The notes: generated from the letters alone by a model not told the origin. Positions 37,201 through 45,701 are shown, numbered from the stretch's first letter. The stretch: DNA of 64,000 nucleotides from Bacteroidales bacterium UBA4116 (GCA_002381645.1 DFXE01000020.1:176795-240794); one strand, 5' to 3'. Made by a program: numbers and translations.

Positions 37201-37698
37201 AATTTCGGATTTACAATAGGAGCAGATTACAAAGGATTCGATTTAAACCTGGTATTCCAGGGCGCAGCGCAAAGTTATGTAAGATATCCTGAACAGTTAG
37301 AAAGGCCATTATACTGGGACAGGAACGGGCTGAACATGTTTATGGACAGATGGCATCCGGAAGACCCGCTTGCAGACCCCAGGGATCCTTCAACGGTTTG
37401 GGTTCCGGGATATTATCCTTCGCCCAACAACGGAGAAAACACCAACTACAAAGACTCCGAACGATTAATACAGAATGCTGCCTATTTACGGTTGAAGAGC
37501 CTGGAATTGGGTTACACCCTGCCTCAACAAATACTTAAAAGCGTAGGCGTGCAAAATGTGAGGATATACTTCAGCGGATTCAATATGCTTACCTTTACAG
37601 GTATCAAATATCTCGATCCGGAGCATCCCAGCGACACCTACGGATATCTGTATCCGCTCACGAAGTCTTATAATGTAGGCGTTAATCTCACTTTTTAA
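34255..37698 (+). CDS. SusC/RagA TonB-dependent transducer with N-terminal STN domain
   Basis: LDEVVVVGYGTQKK, ISVLKDASAAIYGVRAANGVVLITTK, RYDGSSKF, terminal VNLTF. Confidence 0.95.
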   Translation: MKKNEEWDYHIPPLRRIVKIFKIVALLILLTVYSSFASTYAQNYKLSMKKQNVSIMDILKEIESNSEFTFFFNDNQVYVNRITNIDVKNASIEKVLDQLLSETNYTYEIIDRQVLIRTKDNSAPVNPGIKQQRNIINGIVVDEKGEPVIGANIIVKGTTQGSVTGIDGKFSLEASSDAVLQISYIGYLPSEIPVNNQTNIRITLVEDTQKLDEVVVVGYGTQKKVTLTGAVSAIGGDEILTTKNENVENMLSGKMPGVRVVQWSGEPGAFNTKFEIRGMGNPLIIIDGVPRENMSRLDPNEIESISVLKDASAAIYGVRAANGVVLITTKKGTTGKIQLDYSGSVGWQQASGLPETSSAWEYMTLMNENARNNGQALMYSLDEIEAYRNGTKPSTNWAKIAIDEFAPQTQHSFSAQGNTEKVDYFVNFGYLKQDGFWKSGDLNYERFNIRSNLGAQLTNRLRADVSLNGMMDTKNQPYRDTWIVFKSIWTQVPLWPVYANDNPDYLYNAADADHPLVITNSDLDGYRKHNSKLFQATMSLSYDVPYIDGLKAKAMYSYDYNLWESKEFAKEFSLYTYDPVSNTYNANKAQSPSHVRRSFRDNNATLLQLSLNYVRTFQDKHNVNVLALYEESTSDMDNFYARRELSMDAVDQLFAGNSINQEGSMDSNGYRSDRKLNDQNGVWKIANKGLVGRINYDFMSKYIAEFSFRYDGSSKFAPGHQWGFFPAGSLGWRITEEPFFKNIRALSFINNIKLRGSYGKMGDDSSSSYQFLSGYNYPSGGFVFNNSYTNGLGLRGMPNPYITWFTSKLANFGVDADMWNGLLGIQFDIFSRVRDGLLATRSESLPGTVGAGLPQENLEGDITKGFEVALSHRNRIRDFNYYFSGNVSYSRKKWRHKEISTRGNSYRNWRDNYTNRLDEMWWGYGYLGQFNSYDHIFGAPIQDSKGNSVLLPGDYAYEDWNGDGIIDENDEHPISIKGLPKVNFGFTIGADYKGFDLNLVFQGAAQSYVRYPEQLERPLYWDRNGLNMFMDRWHPEDPLADPRDPSTVWVPGYYPSPNNGENTNYKDSERLIQNAAYLRLKSLELGYTLPQQILKSVGVQNVRIYFSGFNMLTFTGIKYLDPEHPSDTYGYLYPLTKSYNVGVNLTF

Positions 37699-37823
37699 CA
37701 AAGCATATTTACGAAACAAAGCATGAAAACAATAGGTATGCACGATGCAATAAATAGAACACTGCCGTTGGTCCTAAAACTTACAGCGGAGTTCCATATC
37801 TATATTAATAAATATTTCATCCT

Positions 37824-39599
37824 ATGAAAAAGATAAAACAAATTATACTATCATTATCGGCTTTATTTACGGTAATGTCATGCAATGACCTGAATCAGCC
37901 ACCTATCAATATCATACAAGACAGGGACGTATTCAGTACGGAATCCGGGATACTGGCATTTATCGTACGTCTATACGAAGAACTGCCCATTGAAGGCTTT
38001 CAATTCAATAAAGACGGATTCAGGGAGTTTGGTAATTATCCCACGCTGGGAAATGTAACAGGTGAATACCTGCTTTGCATGACGGATATGCTATGGGACT
38101 CTCCCCAGGGCGACTGGTGGAAAGCATGGAGGTACGGGCCGGTCCGCAATGTCAATTACTTTATATCCACCTTTCCGGAATATGCCAACGAATACACGGA
38201 AGCACAACAAAACCTATGGTTGGGAGAAGCACATTTTATACGTGCCTATTACTACTTCTCCATGGTAAAACGCTACGGCGGAATTCCCATTATAACAGAA
38301 GTACAGAATTTTCCTGAACAAAGCATCGAAGAACTGAAAGTACCGCGTAATACGGAAAAGGAAGTTTACGATTTTATAGCGCAGGAATTAGACGAAGCCA
38401 TCCGGTTGTTGCCCGGCGAAAGCCCGCAAAAGGGAAGGGTGAATAAATATGTGGCATATGCATTGAAGTCGAGGGTAATGTTATATGCCGGTTCAATCGC
38501 CCAGTATGGTTCGGTCCAGTTAAACGGTATACTCGGTATACCCCAGGCAGAAGCAAAAACATATTACCAAAGTAGTTACGATGCCGCATCCGCATTAGAA
38601 GGCCACTATTCCTTATACAGGAAATATGAGGATAAAGCCGAAAACTACTGGCGCTTATTCCTGGACGACGAGAGTCCGGAAACCATTTTCTGTGAATACT
38701 ATTCCTATCCGGAAAAAAATCATTCGTTCGATGCCTTACACATCCCATATCAGCTCAGGGGATCACAGGGTTATTCAAGCCGCTTCTGCCCTACCCTGGA
38801 ATTAGTGGAAATGTACGACGACATAAACGGAAATCCGGGAACCGTTAAAATAACGGATGATAGTGGAAATCCTATCCGTTATACCCAAACCATGGATATA
38901 TTTGAAAATGTAGAACCCCGTTTAAGAGGATCCGTTATACTTCCCGGAGACCTATTCAAGGGAGAGTCCATAGAAATTCAAAAGGGATTATATCCCACTT
39001 ACAGTGAGGCGACCGATCCGTTAATATCGACAAATGCAAATGATCTTTACGAAGGGCACCGTATCATTGGCCGCAGCGGAATGGGACATCAGGAAATGAC
39101 TTCGACCGGATTTTTACTCCGTAAATACCAGAATCCCGATATTACTACGGCCGATGTCCTTATCTGGCGCTCCAACCAGTCATGGATAGATATCAGGTAT
39201 GCCGAAATTTTACTGAACAAGGCAGAAGCCGCCTTCCAGTTAGGAATGATAGACGAAGCATTGACCGCTATAAATGATGTCCGCGACCGGGCAGGTGCTA
39301 AATTGTACACAAAGGATCAGTTAACGATCCGGGCGATCCAAAAAGAACGCCGGATGGAATTGGCTTTCGAAAACCATACATACTGGGATTTACGAAGGTG
39401 GCGGATCGCGGATAGTGAGGTCAACAACACCCAGTTCACCGCGCTTTCCCCCTATTATATCTTTGATGAAAATAAATTTATATTCAAAAAAGAAAAAGTA
39501 GGCGGACGATACACCATAGATGTAAAATTAAATTATGCAATGATCCCGACTGATGAAATCTCCAAGAACGACAAATTAATTCAGAATCCGGGATATTAA
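37824..39599 (+). CDS. SusD/RagB lipoprotein
   Basis: MS-C lipobox, GEAHFIRAYYYF, RYAEILLNKAEA, ERRMELAFE...DLRRW, QNPGY. Confidence 0.95.
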   Translation: MKKIKQIILSLSALFTVMSCNDLNQPPINIIQDRDVFSTESGILAFIVRLYEELPIEGFQFNKDGFREFGNYPTLGNVTGEYLLCMTDMLWDSPQGDWWKAWRYGPVRNVNYFISTFPEYANEYTEAQQNLWLGEAHFIRAYYYFSMVKRYGGIPIITEVQNFPEQSIEELKVPRNTEKEVYDFIAQELDEAIRLLPGESPQKGRVNKYVAYALKSRVMLYAGSIAQYGSVQLNGILGIPQAEAKTYYQSSYDAASALEGHYSLYRKYEDKAENYWRLFLDDESPETIFCEYYSYPEKNHSFDALHIPYQLRGSQGYSSRFCPTLELVEMYDDINGNPGTVKITDDSGNPIRYTQTMDIFENVEPRLRGSVILPGDLFKGESIEIQKGLYPTYSEATDPLISTNANDLYEGHRIIGRSGMGHQEMTSTGFLLRKYQNPDITTADVLIWRSNQSWIDIRYAEILLNKAEAAFQLGMIDEALTAINDVRDRAGAKLYTKDQLTIRAIQKERRMELAFENHTYWDLRRWRIADSEVNNTQFTALSPYYIFDENKFIFKKEKVGGRYTIDVKLNYAMIPTDEISKNDKLIQNPGY

Positions 39600-39700
39600 T
39601 TTAACGAACAGATGAAAAGAGTACGCAAATTTATTATACCAACAGCGATAAAGGAAGTTACTGCAAGTTCCATGTATATCTTTAAAAAAGAATTATCCGT

Positions 39701-40396
39701 ATGAAAAAAATAATATATTTATTCTATATTGCCATAACAAGCGGTTGCCTGATTTCATGCAATGAAATAGACAATTACGACGCTCCGGCAGAAACACTAA
39801 CAGGTAGTGTAATAGACGAAACAACAAACCGGCCCATCATAACAGAACAGCCTAACGGTTTCCGGATAAAACTGTCGGAGATAAGCTGGAGTGACAATCC
39901 TCAACCCGAATATTTCTGGGGAAAAGCCGACGGCACCTTCAATAACACAAAGATATTCTACGGAACATACGAAATAAGTCCGGTTGAAGGAGCTTTTTTT
40001 GATATCGAGCCGGTTCGGAGCGAAATAAAAGGAACGACGAAAATAGATTTTAAGGTGATACCCTATTTATCCGTCACAGCTTCTGACATTTCAGTATCCA
40101 ACGGAACGTTGCATGTTACCTATAACCTGTCAAGAACTAAAGTGGGCGACAAAATCATTGACGCACGTGTATTTGTCTCAACAAATCCGCACGTAGGATC
40201 GAATGTTTTGATCAATGACCTGAGTCCTTTGAAAGATTTGTCGGAAATAGACGATGTGGAAATACTGGGTACCACCTTCAAAGAATCAATAGATGGCCTG
40301 GAACCGGGAAAAACGTATTATGTACGCGTCGGGGCACGGACCAATAACCCCAGCAAACGCTACAATTTCACCGAAATAGTGACAATAAAGCCGTAA
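39701..40396 (+). CDS. DUF3823-like PUL lipoprotein
   Basis: IS-CNEIDNYDAP, DGTFNNTKIF, YYVRVGART; follows SusD. Confidence 0.8.
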   Translation: MKKIIYLFYIAITSGCLISCNEIDNYDAPAETLTGSVIDETTNRPIITEQPNGFRIKLSEISWSDNPQPEYFWGKADGTFNNTKIFYGTYEISPVEGAFFDIEPVRSEIKGTTKIDFKVIPYLSVTASDISVSNGTLHVTYNLSRTKVGDKIIDARVFVSTNPHVGSNVLINDLSPLKDLSEIDDVEILGTTFKESIDGLEPGKTYYVRVGARTNNPSKRYNFTEIVTIKP

Positions 40397-40459
40397 TAAA
40401 AGAATTACCACACATCACCGATCTGTCACTTATAGACATAACACATTGAATAACAGCAA

Positions 40460-40492
40460 TAAACGGGTGAAGGATAATCCTTCACCCGTTTA
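40460..40492 (+). terminator. Hairpin after the PUL (probable terminator or repeat element)
   Basis: TAAACGGGTGAAGGA-TAA-TCCTTCACCCGTTTA, perfect 15-bp stem. Confidence 0.65.
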
Positions 40493-40590
40493 CTTATGAA
40501 TTACGGGGTTTGTTGTATACTATTCCCACTTCCAGAGACTTTTATTGCATCGTTCATTAGATTTTAATTTTAAACTACATGTTTTTTATC

Positions 40591-40678
40591 ATTTCACCCG
40601 GGTGAAACTTACATTTCACATAGCTGAAACTTTTATTTCACCCGGGTGAAATTTATATTCCACATTTGTGAAACCAAT
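40591..40678. repeat. 4 x 22-bp tandem array with TTTCAC-N4-GTGAAA palindromes
   Basis: ATTTCACCCGGGTGAAACTTAC / ATTTCACATAGCTGAAACTTTT / ATTTCACCCGGGTGAAATTTAT / ATTCCACATTTGTGAAACCAAT. Confidence 0.9.
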
Positions 40679-40970
40679 AAACATATACATGTAAAGTATC
40701 AGAAATACCATACTTCTCCCATAGTATCTCCTATCAAACACAATAAAATTATGCGGACACAACCGTTTACAAATTAAGGATGCAACCATCCGGTGAAAGA
40801 TGGGTGACAGGTAAAAGCCTCCATCATTCACCCGTATCTTATTATTTAATAAGCATTTACACCAAAAAGTGAAAGGTGAAGGATGATTTCGTAAACTTTA
40901 TTTTAGTATGGCTTTTCGTTGATAATGATGGGAAAAAGGAATTAATAAATATTTAAAATTTCTCCATATA

Positions 40971-41026
40971 TGCATATTTATTCAATAATTAGTCTTATAT
41001 TCGCCGCTGTTTTGAATAAATATGCA
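40971..41026 (+). promoter_or_regulatory. Two ARG boxes flanking the argR promoter
   Basis: TGCATATTTATTCA (40971-40984) and its exact reverse complement TGAATAAATATGCA (41013-41026); -7-like TATATTCG at 40996. Confidence 0.8.
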
Positions 41027-41027
41027 A

Positions 41028-41474
41028 ATGAGTAGTAGAAAAGAACGTTTAAAGGCTATTTGCCGTATCATTGAAACGGAAGTAATCTGTAATCAGGACG
41101 AATTACTGAAACGTTTGAAGGCAAATGGTTTTACCACTACCCAGGCTACTTTATCGCGTGACATAAAACAGTTAAAAATAGCGAGGGTACACGACGGTAA
41201 CGAAAATTACGTTTACCGCCTGTCTGAACCTGCCATGCAGCCACTACCCGCAGGCGAGCGGTCGAAAATATATCCCGATATTGAATTTTCAGGTAACCTG
41301 GCAGTAATAAAGACACGTCCGGGTTATGCCATGGGAATTGCATGGGATATTGATTCTAATTCTCCTAAGGAAATAGTAGGTACGATTGCAGGAGACGATA
41401 CTATTCTTGTCATTCCCCGCGAAGGTTACAGCAGAGACCAGATAGCAAAAGCCATACAACGGTTCATTCAATAA
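41028..41474 (+). CDS. argR: Arginine repressor
   Basis: TQATLSRDIKQL, VIKTRPGYA, GTIAGDDT; start may be 41022 or 41028. Confidence 0.95.
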   Translation: MSSRKERLKAICRIIETEVICNQDELLKRLKANGFTTTQATLSRDIKQLKIARVHDGNENYVYRLSEPAMQPLPAGERSKIYPDIEFSGNLAVIKTRPGYAMGIAWDIDSNSPKEIVGTIAGDDTILVIPREGYSRDQIAKAIQRFIQ

Positions 41475-41515
41475 ACATAATTAAGGAAAATCATTACAGG
41501 TATAATCATAACGAC

Positions 41516-42109
41516 GTGGAAAAAGAGAACGATACAGAAGAAATAGACGTAATGGTAGCCGATGCTTCGCATGAAATATATGTGGATACCATTCTGGAAA
41601 CCATTGAAGCAGCTGCCAGTGTACGCGGCACCGGAATTGCCAGGCGTACCCACGACTATGTAGCCCAGAAAATGAAAGAAGGTAAAGCTATCATAGCCCT
41701 TGCCGGAGAGGAATTTGCCGGGTTCACCTATATTGAGTCGTGGGGAAATAAGCAGTATGTGGCAACTTCAGGTTTGATCGTTGTGGAAAAATTTCGCCAA
41801 AAAGGCTTGGCAAAACGCATAAAAGAGGCTTCTTTTGCATTGGCCCGTTTACGCTGGCCCAAAGCAAAATTATTCAGCCTCACATCAGGCAGCGCCGTAA
41901 TGAAAATGAATACCGAACTCGGGTATGTACCTGTGACCTTTTCTGAATTAACGGATGATGAAGCTTTCTGGAGAGCATGCGAAGGATGCATAAACCATGA
42001 CATTTTAGTACGGACAAACCGAAAATACTGCATTTGTACCGCAATGTTATACGATCCGAAAGACCCGCACCGGGCAAAAAGGGAGCAGCAGGAAAGAGAC
42101 AGCAAATAA
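41516..42109 (+). CDS. GNAT acetyltransferase, probable Bacteroidetes N-acetylglutamate synthase
   Basis: SGLIV..FRQKGLAKRIK acetyl-CoA motif, FWRACEGC..C.CTAMLY; position in the arg operon. Confidence 0.8.
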   Translation: MEKENDTEEIDVMVADASHEIYVDTILETIEAAASVRGTGIARRTHDYVAQKMKEGKAIIALAGEEFAGFTYIESWGNKQYVATSGLIVVEKFRQKGLAKRIKEASFALARLRWPKAKLFSLTSGSAVMKMNTELGYVPVTFSELTDDEAFWRACEGCINHDILVRTNRKYCICTAMLYDPKDPHRAKREQQERDSK

Positions 42110-42130
42110 TAAACATTAAAATATATTCTC

Positions 42131-43327
42131 ATGAATAAAAAAGTAGTTTTAGCGTTCAGCGGTGGCCTCGACACCTCTTTTTGCGCTATGTACCTGTCAA
42201 AAGACAAAGGGTACGACGTATATACAGCTCTTGCCAATACAGGAGGTTTTACCGAAGAAGAATGTAAAGCCATTGAAGAAAGGGCGTATAAACTGGGAGC
42301 AGTTAAGCACGTAACACTTAACATCGAACAGGAATATTATGAAAAGAGCATTAAATACATGGTATTCGGAAATGTATTGCGTAACGGAACCTATCCCATA
42401 TCGGTAAGTTCAGAGCGTATTTTCCAGGCATTAGCTACCATACGCTATGCAAAGGAGATCGGAGCCGATGCGGTAGCCCACGGAAGTACCGGAGCAGGAA
42501 ACGACCAGGTCCGTTTCGACTTAACCTTTGACGTACTGGCTCCTGACATGGAAATCATTACCCCTACCCGGGATATGAACCTAAGCCGTGAATATGAAAT
42601 AAACTATTTAAAGCAACACGGTTACGAAGCCGACTTTGTGAAAATGGAATATTCCATCAATAAAGGCCTTTGGGGAACAAGTGTAGGAGGAAAGGAAACG
42701 CTGCATTCAAACCAGACATTGCCTGAAACTGCTTATCCTTCGCAACTGGAAGCCGAAGAACAGGAAGAAGATATGTTCATCGATTTTGTAAACGGAGAAA
42801 TAGCAGGAGTAAACGGGGTTGAATACAAAAACAAAGTAGATGCTATCCGTAAAGTGGAAGAATTAGGTTCGCGTTGGGCTATCGGCCGCGATATGCACGT
42901 GGGCGATACCATTATCGGCATTAAAGGCCGGGTAGGATTTGAAGCTGCCGGTTCATTACTGATCATAAATGCCCACAAATTACTGGAAAAACATACCCTT
43001 ACCAAATGGCAACAATACTGGAAAGAGCAAATTGGCAACTGGTACGGCATGTTCCTGCACGAAGCCCAATACCTCGAACCGGTTATGCGTGATATGGAAG
43101 CGTTCCTGCAAAGCACGCAACAAAACGTAACCGGACGCGTGATCATAACTTTACGTCCATATACCTATACGCTGGTTGGCATCGAAAGCGACCATGACCT
43201 GATGAAAAGTGACTTTGGCGTTTACGGCGAAGAACAAAAAGCCTGGACTGCCGATGACGTAAAAGGATTTACCAAAATACTGGGTAACCAGATGAAGATA
43301 TATTATAATGTGAATAAGGAGAAGTAG
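42131..43327 (+). CDS. argG: Argininosuccinate synthase
   Basis: VLAFSGGLDTS, AHGSTGAGNDQVRF. Confidence 0.96.
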   Translation: MNKKVVLAFSGGLDTSFCAMYLSKDKGYDVYTALANTGGFTEEECKAIEERAYKLGAVKHVTLNIEQEYYEKSIKYMVFGNVLRNGTYPISVSSERIFQALATIRYAKEIGADAVAHGSTGAGNDQVRFDLTFDVLAPDMEIITPTRDMNLSREYEINYLKQHGYEADFVKMEYSINKGLWGTSVGGKETLHSNQTLPETAYPSQLEAEEQEEDMFIDFVNGEIAGVNGVEYKNKVDAIRKVEELGSRWAIGRDMHVGDTIIGIKGRVGFEAAGSLLIINAHKLLEKHTLTKWQQYWKEQIGNWYGMFLHEAQYLEPVMRDMEAFLQSTQQNVTGRVIITLRPYTYTLVGIESDHDLMKSDFGVYGEEQKAWTADDVKGFTKILGNQMKIYYNVNKEK

Positions 43328-43420
43328 TTGGTAGATAGTAGTTAGCAGTTGGTAGATTTTTAAATTTCATTGGAAATAATTCATTCTACCAACTACTAAC
43401 TACCAACTACTAACTACCAA
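43325..43420. repeat. Inverted heptamer tandem repeats (TAGTTRG)n ... (CYAACTA)n
   Basis: 4+ units at 43325-43356 complementary to 4+ units at 43385-43420. Confidence 0.85.
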
Positions 43421-43438
43421 TGAAAAACTACTTAAAAA

Positions 43439-44407
43439 ATGATTAAAATAGGGATTATCGGTGGAGCCGGTTATACAGCAGGCGAGTTGATTCGGTTATT
43501 ATTGAATCATCCCGACGCGGAAATTGTTTTCATTAATAGTTTGAGTAACGCAGGTAACCGGATAACCGATGTACACAGTGGTTTGTACGGTGAAACCGAT
43601 CTGGCGTTTACCGATGAATTGCCATTAAATGAAATCGATTTACTTTTCTTCTGTACGGCTCATGGCGACACAAAGAAATTTATGGATTCACATGCCGTAC
43701 CTGAATCCGTGAAAATTATCGATCTATCGACCGACTACCGCCTGAAAAGCGAAGAACATGATTTCATATACGGCCTTCCTGAATTGAACCGTCGACAGAT
43801 ATGCAAATCCATGCGGGTAGCCAACCCCGGTTGTTTTGCCACCTGCATTCAGTTGGGTGTTCTCCCCCTTGCCAAACATTTGATGTTGAACAGCGAATTA
43901 CATGTGAATGCTATAACTGGATCTACAGGCGCAGGGGTAAAACCCTCAGCTACGACACATTTCAGCTGGCGCAATGACAACATCTCCGTATATAAACCAT
44001 TCGAACACCAACATCTTGCCGAGATAAGACAAAGTCTTTCACAATTACAAAACAGTTTTCAAAGCAGTATCAATTTCATTCCGGTAAGAGGAAATTTCTC
44101 CAGAGGTATTTTCGCTACCACCTATATTGATACGAAAATAGAACTGGAGGAGTTCCGACGAATTTACGAAGCGTATTACGATGACCATTCGTTTACCTTC
44201 ATAACCCATAAAAACCCGGATCTAAAGCAAGTGGTTAATACCAACAAATGCCTGATCCATCTCCAGAAATTCGGAGATAAATTACTCATCATATCTGTAA
44301 TTGACAACCTGCTGAAAGGTGCAAGCGGACAAGCTGTTCACAATATGAACCTTATGTTCAACCTGGAAGAAACCGTCGGCTTGCATTTAAAGCCTTCAGC
44401 TTTTTAA
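43439..44407 (+). CDS. argC: N-acetyl-gamma-glutamyl-phosphate reductase
   Basis: GGAGYTAGEL, IIDLSTDYR, ANPGCF, DNLLKGASGQA. Confidence 0.96.
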   Translation: MIKIGIIGGAGYTAGELIRLLLNHPDAEIVFINSLSNAGNRITDVHSGLYGETDLAFTDELPLNEIDLLFFCTAHGDTKKFMDSHAVPESVKIIDLSTDYRLKSEEHDFIYGLPELNRRQICKSMRVANPGCFATCIQLGVLPLAKHLMLNSELHVNAITGSTGAGVKPSATTHFSWRNDNISVYKPFEHQHLAEIRQSLSQLQNSFQSSINFIPVRGNFSRGIFATTYIDTKIELEEFRRIYEAYYDDHSFTFITHKNPDLKQVVNTNKCLIHLQKFGDKLLIISVIDNLLKGASGQAVHNMNLMFNLEETVGLHLKPSAF

Positions 44408-44562
44408 GCTGAACGTGAATAAGCAGCCGTCGGAACGGTCAGGTATTCCGTATCTTGTCAGATCAATTACTATTTTAATAACATTTAATGAAAGCCGGGC
44501 GGAATACGGCAAAGAATAAATTCTTCTGTGTCCCGTCCGGCATTCCGGTAAAAGAAAATATA

Positions 44563-45687
44563 ATGAAATTATTCGACGTATATCCCCTCTTTAATATTGA
44601 GATTGTAAAAGGAAAAGGTTCCTATGTATGGGATACGGAAGGCAACGAGTATCTCGACTTATATGGCGGACATGCCGTGATTTCTGTCGGACACAGCCAT
44701 CCGGTATTTGTAAAAGCGATAACCGACCAGGTAAATAAACTGGCTTTTTATTCCAACTCGGTAATCAATAACCTGCAACAGGAAGTTGCCGACAGATTAG
44801 GTAAAGCGTCGGGTTACGACGATTATGAACTTTTTCTTATCAATACAGGAGCCGAAGCTAATGAAAATGCATTGAAACTGGCTTCTTTTCATAATGGTAA
44901 GAAAAGGGTAATCTCTTTTAGCCGTTCATTCCACGGACGGACTTCTGCAGCCGTACGTGTAACAGATAATCCGTCTATCATAGCCCCTGTAAATGAAGGG
45001 CTACCGGTCACCTATCTTCCGCTGAACGATCCCTATCTAGTGGAAGCCGAATTAAAAAAAGGTGATGTATCCTCCGTAATCATTGAAGGTATACAAGGTG
45101 TTGCAGGTATTCATGTACCGTTGAACGAATTTATGCAGTCATTACGCCAATTGTGTACAAAATATGGTGCATGCCTCATATTAGACGAAATACAATCGGG
45201 TTATGGAAGAAGCGGAAAATTTTTCGCTCACCAATACGCCGGTATCCGTCCGGATATTATTACAGTTGCAAAAGGAATAGCCAACGGCTTTCCCATGGGT
45301 GGCGTACTTATCAGCCCGATGTTTAAAGCAGTATACGGCATGCTGGGCACTACCTTTGGGGGCAATCACCTGGCATGTGCAGCGGCAATAGCTGTATTAG
45401 ACATTATGGAAAATGAAAAACTCATCGATAATGTCAATACCGTAGGCGATTACCTGATGAAAGAACTACGCCGGCTTAAAGGAATTAAAGAGCTGCGCGG
45501 TAAAGGATTAATGATCGGTATCGAATTTGAAAATCCCATTAAGGAAATAAGAAATAAATTACTTTTTGAAGAGAAAGTATTTACCGGAGTTGCCGGAACG
45601 AATACGATACGTCTACTACCTCCGTTATCCCTAAGCATGAATGAAGCGGAAGAAGCTATCAGACGCATCCGTAAAGTGCTTGATTAA
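44563..45687 (+). CDS. argD: Acetylornithine aminotransferase
   Basis: SFHGRT, DEIQSGYGRSG, TVAKG, TTFGGN; start reassigned to MKLFDVYP. Confidence 0.92.
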   Translation: MKLFDVYPLFNIEIVKGKGSYVWDTEGNEYLDLYGGHAVISVGHSHPVFVKAITDQVNKLAFYSNSVINNLQQEVADRLGKASGYDDYELFLINTGAEANENALKLASFHNGKKRVISFSRSFHGRTSAAVRVTDNPSIIAPVNEGLPVTYLPLNDPYLVEAELKKGDVSSVIIEGIQGVAGIHVPLNEFMQSLRQLCTKYGACLILDEIQSGYGRSGKFFAHQYAGIRPDIITVAKGIANGFPMGGVLISPMFKAVYGMLGTTFGGNHLACAAAIAVLDIMENEKLIDNVNTVGDYLMKELRRLKGIKELRGKGLMIGIEFENPIKEIRNKLLFEEKVFTGVAGTNTIRLLPPLSLSMNEAEEAIRRIRKVLD

Positions 45688-45701
45688 ACGATATGGCCGA
45701 G

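Noticed and set aside
40591..40678. 22-bp arrays (here and at 2282-2381) as CRISPR arrays
   Set aside because: No unique 25-45-bp spacers, period too short, and no cas genes in the window
41728..42324. 198-aa antisense ORF over GNAT/argG (likewise 33442..34080 over fecR and other short shadow ORFs)
   Set aside because: Antisense to well-supported genes, with no recognisable motifs
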